From Syntrophorhabdaceae bacterium (GTDB lineage: Bacteria; Desulfobacterota; Syntrophorhabdia; Syntrophorhabdales; Syntrophorhabdaceae), in the NCBI GenBank assembly GCA_963665295.1, contig OY762209.1:4608001-4672000 (forward strand): a DNA stretch of 64,000 nucleotides, in the 5' to 3' direction. The notes below the pieces were generated by a model. It was not told the DNA's origin, did not search any database, and saw only the letters and a list, made by a program, of their open reading frames with translations. Shown here in pieces: positions 1 through 6,894 of this stretch. The position numbers and the translations under genes are program-made. Numbering within the stretch: the stretch's first letter is position 1; every line of letters starts with the position of its first letter.

Positions 1-3
1 CAT

Positions 4-366
4 GTGGTGTTCATAAAGACCTTCGATTTTCACCTCGATCTGGTCTGGTTCATGATTCCCATGTTCATCTTCAGAAAGGCTTTCGAAAGGCACTTTCTGA
101 AGAAAATACCCCGGATCGCGGAAATCCACCTCTCCCGCCTCGCGTACCAATGGGAGGTCCGCATTAACGACGTTATAGAAGAAATGAAGGTTCAGGCACT
201 CCGGCATGTACGGGAGGAGTTGTCCACAATAGAGAGTCTGCTGTCGGAGAGCCCCGACCGGACAGAAGAGATCCTTTGCGCTTTGGACGGCCTGAGGGCG
301 GGACCCGATATCCGCAAGGGAACGGATGCCTCCCGCCATCACGGCAACGATTCCGACAGACAATGA
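4..366 (+). CDS. 3' part of a gene entering from the left edge; helical C-terminus, possibly dynamin-family protein
   Basis: ORF open from the window edge; amphipathic helical sequence (LAYQWEVRINDVIEEMK). Family guess is from recall only. Confidence 0.35.
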   Translation: MVFIKTFDFHLDLVWFMIPMFIFRKAFERHFLKKIPRIAEIHLSRLAYQWEVRINDVIEEMKVQALRHVREELSTIESLLSESPDRTEEILCALDGLRAGPDIRKGTDASRHHGNDSDRQ

Positions 367-426
367 AGGATCAGCGGAAGTCCGCTATAGTGGTGACATG
401 TCACGCAGACCCAAGGAGGAATACCT

Positions 427-1467
427 ATGCCGTCTTCAAGAATACGCTTTGAAGCCCACAAATCGGAAAGCACTTTCCTTGATCCCAGAAAGGGTTTCGA
501 ACCCTCACGGGTGCCCTTCGAGGTGCGGATCGATCCCCTGACCGGAAGGACCGGTCACTTTTCTCATTTCGGGGCGATCAAAGCCCAGGCGCTACCCCTT
601 GACGCATACGCCTCAAGGGAAATAAAGGGATTTTGCCCTTTTTGCCCGAAGAACAGGGAGACCTACACACCCCGTTTTCCCGGCGGTACACTGACCGAAG
701 GCAGACCTGCGAGGAACCAGGCGGTCCTCATTCCCAACCTTTACCCTTACGACATCCACAACGGCGTGGTCATCATGACGGACCGCCACGTGGCCACCCT
801 CGATGAATTTGACGAGCAGCGTTTAGGGGATTCCTTTTCCCTCGGCATCGATTTCCTCAAGGAAATAGGTTCCACGGACCTGTCGCTCCCCTATCACGTG
901 ATGACCTGGAACTATATGCCCCCCTCGGGCGGAGGACTCGTCCATCCCCATCAGCAGTACTTCGCGTCCAAATACCCGGGAAACCAGTACATGGATGAAC
1001 TCCGGTCGTCGGCCCGTTTCTTCGACGAAGAGGGGGCAAACTACTGGGTAGAATTGGCCGGAGAAGAAAAAAGGCTCGGTCGCCGCTTCATAGGCAGTAT
1101 AGACGGCACGCACTGGCTCGCCTCCTTCGTTTCCCTGGGACTGCTGGGAGAGATTCTCTGCGTGTTCCCGGACACCTTCTCCGTCGGAGACTTCGCCTGC
1201 CGCCATCAGGACGCGCTTGTGGCCGGACTCATCAAGGTATTCAGATATTTCATCGCAGAGGGCATCGGCAGCTTCAACGCTTCCCTTTCTTTCGGCCCTC
1301 CGGGCCAAAGCTTCTTCTCGACCCATTTCAGGATTGTACCGAGGACCTTTCTCAACCTGCGGGATTACGCGTCGGATTTCAATTTCTTTCAAGCCGTCCT
1401 CGGCGAACCCGTGAGCGTGGTTATGCCGGAGGCCCTGGCAGGCGATGTAAGAAAGTTCTTTACGTAG
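427..1467 (+). CDS. Galactose-1-phosphate uridylyltransferase (GalT/HIT superfamily)-like protein
   Basis: AAGGAGG SD; EVRIDPLTG, CPFCP zinc motif, NLYP, and HPHQQ (HxHxQ) catalytic motif. Confidence 0.8.
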   Translation: MPSSRIRFEAHKSESTFLDPRKGFEPSRVPFEVRIDPLTGRTGHFSHFGAIKAQALPLDAYASREIKGFCPFCPKNRETYTPRFPGGTLTEGRPARNQAVLIPNLYPYDIHNGVVIMTDRHVATLDEFDEQRLGDSFSLGIDFLKEIGSTDLSLPYHVMTWNYMPPSGGGLVHPHQQYFASKYPGNQYMDELRSSARFFDEEGANYWVELAGEEKRLGRRFIGSIDGTHWLASFVSLGLLGEILCVFPDTFSVGDFACRHQDALVAGLIKVFRYFIAEGIGSFNASLSFGPPGQSFFSTHFRIVPRTFLNLRDYASDFNFFQAVLGEPVSVVMPEALAGDVRKFFT

Positions 1468-1552
1468 AGGGCAACTTTTTTTCGTTGCGCAGTAATTGAA
1501 ATTCGGGCAGAATACTTAGAGGGAATATGATCATAACCCAGGGGGTGGTCCA

Positions 1553-3688
1553 ATGAAGAAAACATGCCTGACTTCCGCAGTCTTTTGTATGGTTCTGGTG
1601 TTCACTCTGTTTTCGGGTCTCGCCCTTGGCGCAAAGACCCCCCAGCAGGCATCGTGCAAAGGATGCCATTCCGACTTCAAGGAAATCCTGCCCCAGGGGC
1701 ATAAACCCGTAAAGGGAGATGGTATCAAAGCATGCCTGCCCTGCCATGGGGTTGCCGGAACGACGGATACCAAGGCGGATCCGTTTTTCAACCGCCTCCA
1801 CAAGGCCCATGCGTCCGAGGCCGACTGCTCCCTGTGCCACACTTACAAACCGGGCAAATCGTTTACCGTGACAGGCGCAAAGAAGTCTGAGGGGGCCCTT
1901 GCCCGCAAAGACATGGAGTTGATCAGGAAGAACACCCTCTCGTCGTCTTCCTCCGGATACCTGGATTCGGTTCACGCCCGCAAGGACCTGGCATGCCGGG
2001 CTTGCCATGGCAAGACGCTCATCCCGGATGACAACGAAACCCGCGAAAACGGGCGGTGCATCACATGCCACGGCTCCCTGGAAAAGCTGGCTTCCAAATC
2101 CGCCGACCATATCAACCCCCACAAATCACACCTGGGGGAAATCAGTTGTACCGTTTGTCACCATGTCCATGGAGCATCAAAACCGTATTGCGCCAACTGT
2201 CACACCTTCAAGATGAAAATACCCGGCTCCGGCAAGGAAGGGGCGACGAAGCCCGCGGACAAAGGGGCGTCCGTAATCCCCGAGGTTGTTGAACCCAGGG
2301 GCCTGAAGTTCGAGAAGACCGACGTGGTGGTGATAGGATCGGGAGCAGCGGGCCTGACCGCCGCTATTACTGTCCGCGACGCGGGATTGAAGGTGATCGT
2401 CCTTGAAAAACAGCCCATTACCGGGGGAAACAGCATGCTCGCCGCAGGCGGAATGAACGCGGCAGATACACCGGTCCAAAAAGCAAAAGGGATCAAAGAC
2501 TCCCCTGACCTTATGTACAGGGACACGATGACAGGGGGCAAGAACCTCAATGACCCCGCCCTCGTCACAATCCTCGCAAGAAATTCCGCGGGCTCCGTGG
2601 AGTGGCTTACAAAACTGGGGGCCGACCTCAGCGACGTGGGACGCCTGGGAGGGGCAAGCGTGGACCGGGCCCACAGACCTAAGGGAGGGACCGCAGTAGG
2701 GGCGAACATCGTCAACACTTTGAGAAAAGCCGCCTCCCACCGGGCCATCGACGTCCGCGTCAACAGCAAGGTGGTAAAGGTCCTTGAAGATGAGAGCGGC
2801 CGGGTAACCGGGGTACTCGTGGAGGGAACCCACAAAGGACTCTACGGAATAAAGGCAGGGGCGGTAATAAACGCCGCCGGGGGCTTTTCGGCAAACCCCG
2901 CCAAGGTGGCGCTCTACAGGCCGGAGTATGCGGGTATGACCACGTCGAATCAGCCCGGCGCAACAGGTGACGGGATGGACCTCGGTGCGCAGGCCCGCGG
3001 AGAACTGCGGGACATGAAACAGATCCAGATTCACCCCTCGGTGGCAGTGGGGAGCAGAATACTGATTACCGAGGCAGTGAGGGGTAACGGGGCGATCATG
3101 GTAAACCGTGAAGGAAAACGCTTCGTCAATGAAATCACGACACGGGACGCCGCGTCGGCCGCGGTCCTCGCCCAGCCCGGTAAGACTGCCTTCCTTATCT
3201 TCGATGATGGGATACGTAAAAGCCTGAAACAGATCGAGGGTTATTTCCACCTCGAACTTGTAAAAGAGGGTGAGACTCTTGAGGAACTTTCCCGGAAGAT
3301 CAAAGTGCCGCCCGATGTGCTGAAAAATACCATCGAGCAGTACAACAGATTCTATGACTCGAAAGCCGATCCGGACTTCAAGCGGTCCGATATGCCCCGT
3401 CCGATCAAGGGTCCCCGGTATTACGCCATTGAAATAGCCCCGGGCATCCATTACACCATGGGCGGACTGAAGATCAATACGGACACCCAGGTCATCGCCA
3501 AGGACGGCAAACCGATCCCGGGGTTCTTCGCCGCAGGTGAAGTGACAGGCGGCGTTCACGGCGCAAACCGCCTTGGAGGAAACTCGATCTCGGAGACAAT
3601 TACCTTCGGCAGAATTGCGGGAGCCAATGCGGCAAAATCCGTGAAGGAGATGGTGAAAAAGAAACAGCCGACCCGCGGAAAGCCCTGA
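1553..3688 (+). CDS. Periplasmic flavocytochrome c fumarate reductase (Fcc3/FccA-like) with seven heme c motifs
   Basis: Sec signal peptide; CKGCH, CLPCH, CSLCH, CRACH, CITCH, CTVCH, CANCH; FAD motif VVVIGSGAAG; active-site segments QIHP, TEAVRGNG, NEITTRD, IHYTMGG, HGANRLGGN. Confidence 0.9.
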   Translation: MKKTCLTSAVFCMVLVFTLFSGLALGAKTPQQASCKGCHSDFKEILPQGHKPVKGDGIKACLPCHGVAGTTDTKADPFFNRLHKAHASEADCSLCHTYKPGKSFTVTGAKKSEGALARKDMELIRKNTLSSSSSGYLDSVHARKDLACRACHGKTLIPDDNETRENGRCITCHGSLEKLASKSADHINPHKSHLGEISCTVCHHVHGASKPYCANCHTFKMKIPGSGKEGATKPADKGASVIPEVVEPRGLKFEKTDVVVIGSGAAGLTAAITVRDAGLKVIVLEKQPITGGNSMLAAGGMNAADTPVQKAKGIKDSPDLMYRDTMTGGKNLNDPALVTILARNSAGSVEWLTKLGADLSDVGRLGGASVDRAHRPKGGTAVGANIVNTLRKAASHRAIDVRVNSKVVKVLEDESGRVTGVLVEGTHKGLYGIKAGAVINAAGGFSANPAKVALYRPEYAGMTTSNQPGATGDGMDLGAQARGELRDMKQIQIHPSVAVGSRILITEAVRGNGAIMVNREGKRFVNEITTRDAASAAVLAQPGKTAFLIFDDGIRKSLKQIEGYFHLELVKEGETLEELSRKIKVPPDVLKNTIEQYNRFYDSKADPDFKRSDMPRPIKGPRYYAIEIAPGIHYTMGGLKINTDTQVIAKDGKPIPGFFAAGEVTGGVHGANRLGGNSISETITFGRIAGANAAKSVKEMVKKKQPTRGKP

Positions 3689-3730
3689 CCCATACGGGCC
3701 TTATGGGACAGGGCCCTCAATTGACCGTGG

Positions 3731-4279
3731 TTACCCTGTCAGCAAAACGCGCCCCATTGCGGCCCCAGTTTTACCGGTATCCATGACTTGCCTGTACTGA
3801 TTGACTGCTTGCTGCAGCATGTTTTTTGATTGAGAAAGCAGACTTTGGGTCGCAGACTGGGTCGCCGACAACGGGCTTGACGTGCCTCCCGTTCCGGTCG
3901 CCCCCTGGAGCAATTCTTCCTTGCTGATTGCTCCGTCGCTATTTGCGTCCATCTGGCTGAAGACCTGGTCCGAACCCTGAAGGAGACTCATCAGGGACGC
4001 CGTCGAACCTGACTGGAAATTCGCCAGGGCATCGGTTATCTGCCCCTCCATTGTCGTTTTCGCCTTCTTCAATTCCTCTTTGCTGATTGTGCCGTCTCCA
4101 TTGGTGTCCATCTTGCCGAAGGCCTGGTCCAAAGAGAGGACCCGTGTCTTCGAAGCGGACTGATACCCTGTAGCGGCGATCTGATCGGATCCGCCGCTCA
4201 CAGTCGATGAGTTCGCCATCATCTGGCGAACCTGAGTCAAGTATGCGGAAGTTCCCGCACCGCTAATTCCACCAACCAT
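3731..4279 (-). CDS. EF-hand calcium-binding protein, Ser/Gly/Thr/Gln-rich
   Basis: Two EF-hand loops DTNGDGTISKEEL and DANSDGAISKEEL; AGGAGG SD before ATG at 4279. Confidence 0.8.
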   Translation of the reverse strand: MVGGISGAGTSAYLTQVRQMMANSSTVSGGSDQIAATGYQSASKTRVLSLDQAFGKMDTNGDGTISKEELKKAKTTMEGQITDALANFQSGSTASLMSLLQGSDQVFSQMDANSDGAISKEELLQGATGTGGTSSPLSATQSATQSLLSQSKNMLQQAVNQYRQVMDTGKTGAAMGRVLLTG

Positions 4280-4399
4280 ACCCACCTCCTTTCTCGACCC
4301 CGGCGCCGTACCTTTCCTGAGGTATATTTCCAAGGCTCAGGCCCGTCGCTTCCCTGCCCTCGCGGCGCCCCGGTCGAACAATTCCATGTATCAAAGGGT

Positions 4400-4415
4400 T
4401 GCAATGGGCGTGCCA
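4400..4415 (-). promoter_or_regulatory. sigma54 (-24/-12) promoter of the EF-hand gene
   Basis: Minus strand TGGCACG-CCCA-TTGCA, an exact match to TGGCACG-N4-TTGCW, about 120 nt upstream of the start. Confidence 0.8.
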
Positions 4416-4570
4416 CCGGTCTAAGCAACGGACCGGTAAAAATAACTCCGTTATTTCAATGGGATGAGATTATTGGACCAAACCCGCCCTGAGGCCGGCG
4501 TGGGAAAATATTTCCCTTTAGGGAATATTATGCCGACCTTCCATAACCCGGCGGGCACCGGCCAAAGCAT

Positions 4571-4765
4571 CTATTCGACGAACTTCAGCCCGCAGGCTTT
4601 GCATTCTTTCGCATCGCCGTTATCTTCAATTATGACCCTGCAGGCCGGGCACATTGTCAGGAGGCCCGCTCCGCATACAGGACAAGTCTTCCCGCCGGTT
4701 TCCCCGGCGGTCGTTTTACATTCGGGGCATGTCCGGATCTTCACAGCTTTGTCTTTCGTCGCCAT
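4571..4765 (-). CDS. 64-aa double zinc-ribbon protein
   Basis: GGGAGGG SD before ATG at 4765; four CxxC motifs (CPEC, CPVC, CPAC, CKAC). Confidence 0.7.
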   Translation of the reverse strand: MATKDKAVKIRTCPECKTTAGETGGKTCPVCGAGLLTMCPACRVIIEDNGDAKECKACGLKFVE

Positions 4766-4940
4766 TTTAACCCTCCCTGGAACGACTTTTCTTCCGCGCC
4801 TGTCCGGCGCTTCACTTTCAATGTTTGACGGTTGTGATAATTTGTCAAGTGACTGTCTCATCCGTGGGGTCCGGTCCCGTAGTCGCATTATTCAATTGAT
4901 AAGTCACGGCATAACAGGTAATAAATATAAAGATAGGGTG

Positions 4941-6146
4941 ATGAGAACAACACTGAAGACGCCGACAGGAACCGACCGGAGGGCCGGCGATGGGGGAGAC
5001 GACTGGTACTACCGCGTGCAGGACGGCGGTCACGACCTCGTGAGGGGACCCTTTTCCAGGGCAGAGTTGCGAACTCTTTGCTCGCGGGGACATGTCCCTC
5101 CACGGGCAATGGTCCGTAACGGCTTGAGGGGCGACTGGCAGCTTGCTGGCACGTATTTTCCTTCCTTCGTCAAAACAAGGATGCGTCCGTCACTGGGTCA
5201 CATTGTGCTCCCTGTATTGTTTGTAGTCCTTCTCGTCGCTCTCTATGCGCGCGACAGCCGCAATGGGCCCTACCCGCGGGTCCTCCCCTTCGGAAAGACG
5301 GCAACACCGGACAAGTTTGTCTTCCTCTCCTTGAAACCTATGGAGCCGTTCCGCGCACCTAATCCCCTTCCCACCGAGAAGCCCCCGGAGCCTCTTCTCA
5401 CAAAACAGAGGGTAATCATGTGGACCAACGAAGCAAGGGTTCAGGAGATGCTGCCTCCCCTCGCGGAAAACAAGCAGTTGGACATGGTCGCGGAAGAACG
5501 GGTCAATGATATGTTCAGAAGACAGTATTTCGCACATGTCGCTCCCTCCGGTGAGGATGTATCCGAAGGAGTCCGAAAAATAGGCTACCAGTACAGGCTC
5601 TTGTCCGAAAACATAGCCAAAGGGGCATTCCGCGACGAACAGAGAGTAGTTCAGGGGTGGCTCCACAGCGAAGGGCATCGGAAGAACATGCTTTCCCAGG
5701 ATGTCGAAGAGATCGGGGTAGGCGTAGGAAAAGGGAGCCTCAACGGTGAGATCGTCTGGATCGCCGTACAGGTATTCGGCAAGTCGCTTCCTCCCGCTGC
5801 CGATAAGGCCGCCACCGAGCGGACAGCGAAATCGTCACAGGCGGTATGCGTGAAACCGAATGAGACTCTCCGTTCCGGCATAGACGCCCTTCGAGCCGAA
5901 GTATCCCTTATCGGCAAGGCAGCGGCGGGCTTGAAGACAGAGATCGAAACCGATAGGAACGGTCTTTTGTCCAAATCCCGGACCAAGCAGGAGTACGACG
6001 AGAATCTGTTGCAGCAATACGCGGCAAGAATCCGGAAGTACAATCTCCTGGTAGGGGAAATGAAGAGGAAGGACCAGTTGGCCAGGGAGATGGTCGCCGA
6101 ATACAATTCGGAAGTGGACGGCTATAACGGCTGTATCAGGGATTGA
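4941..6146 (+). CDS. Membrane-anchored CAP/SCP-domain protein with N-terminal GYF_2 (DUF4339)-like domain and C-terminal coiled coil
   Basis: WYY..GPFSRAEL..W motif, one TM segment, CAP motifs NEAR, YFAH, SENIA, GWLHSEGHRKNML, IGVG. Start moved to ATG 4941 because the upstream extension overlaps the zinc-ribbon gene. Confidence 0.8.
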   Translation: MRTTLKTPTGTDRRAGDGGDDWYYRVQDGGHDLVRGPFSRAELRTLCSRGHVPPRAMVRNGLRGDWQLAGTYFPSFVKTRMRPSLGHIVLPVLFVVLLVALYARDSRNGPYPRVLPFGKTATPDKFVFLSLKPMEPFRAPNPLPTEKPPEPLLTKQRVIMWTNEARVQEMLPPLAENKQLDMVAEERVNDMFRRQYFAHVAPSGEDVSEGVRKIGYQYRLLSENIAKGAFRDEQRVVQGWLHSEGHRKNMLSQDVEEIGVGVGKGSLNGEIVWIAVQVFGKSLPPAADKAATERTAKSSQAVCVKPNETLRSGIDALRAEVSLIGKAAAGLKTEIETDRNGLLSKSRTKQEYDENLLQQYAARIRKYNLLVGEMKRKDQLAREMVAEYNSEVDGYNGCIRD

Positions 6147-6201
6147 CCGACCCGGTGTTTTCAATCACGAAAATGCATATATTACCTCAGGAGGTGACGC
6201 G

Positions 6202-6498
6202 ATGACAGGGAAAGGGATTGCAGGTGTCATACTTATGGTCATGGTCGCTTTCGGGGTCCTGACCGGGACGTCAACGGCCGACTGGGGGAAACCGGAAACC
6301 CAGGTCTACTGTTATATCGGGTTCAGGGACAATAACCAGTACCTCGGGACCGTCGATGTTTTTGATCCGCCCAAGGCAGCCGCCTACTGTAACATGATGT
6401 ACAATGACTGCAACGGGAACTGCACCGGCTGTTTCGATGATGAGGCAGCGCAGGAGATATGCATCGGCAGTTCGGGTGCGCCTTTTTACCATTACTGA
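6202..6498 (+). CDS. Small secreted Cys-rich hypothetical protein
   Basis: AGGAGGT SD; signal peptide; six Cys in the mature part. Confidence 0.7.
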   Translation: MTGKGIAGVILMVMVAFGVLTGTSTADWGKPETQVYCYIGFRDNNQYLGTVDVFDPPKAAAYCNMMYNDCNGNCTGCFDDEAAQEICIGSSGAPFYHY

Positions 6499-6767
6499 GG
6501 GTGGTTGCGGTTACCTTTTCTTCGGTCCAGTATTTCCGCAAGCACGGGTATGAGAACCATGCCGAAAGGGAGCAGGAAGACCATGAGGGCGGGCACGTAA
6601 ACGGCCAGGCGTCGCAGATAATTTTTTAACAGAACTTTTTCTTCCTTTGTCCATTTGTCCGTGCTGTTCCGCGGTTTCATCAGCACCCTCATAAAGCCTT
6701 CCGCATGTTCCGCCTCGCGTCTGATCATGGAGACATTCTTTTCCAGGTGTGTTTTAAAGATTCCCAT
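6492..6767 (-). CDS. Small hypothetical membrane protein
   Basis: Helical N-terminus, hydrophobic VPALMVFLLPFGMVLIPVLA segment, basic tail; TATAAC 7 nt upstream of ATG 6767. Confidence 0.55.
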   Translation of the reverse strand: MGIFKTHLEKNVSMIRREAEHAEGFMRVLMKPRNSTDKWTKEEKVLLKNYLRRLAVYVPALMVFLLPFGMVLIPVLAEILDRRKGNRNHPQ

Positions 6768-6894
6768 TTTTCCCGTTATAGCTGTATCGGCCAAAAGCAA
6801 AAAAAGATAACCCCCTCTTTCCGGCCCGACACCAAAACCCCGCCATTTCACGGTTGCACACCCGGACCTCCATACTTATGTTTCTGTCAGTGCC

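Noticed and set aside
4464..4940. 5' extension of the 560-aa ORF 4464..6146
   Set aside because: No protein-like features or SD, and it overlaps a better-supported zinc-ribbon gene on the opposite strand.
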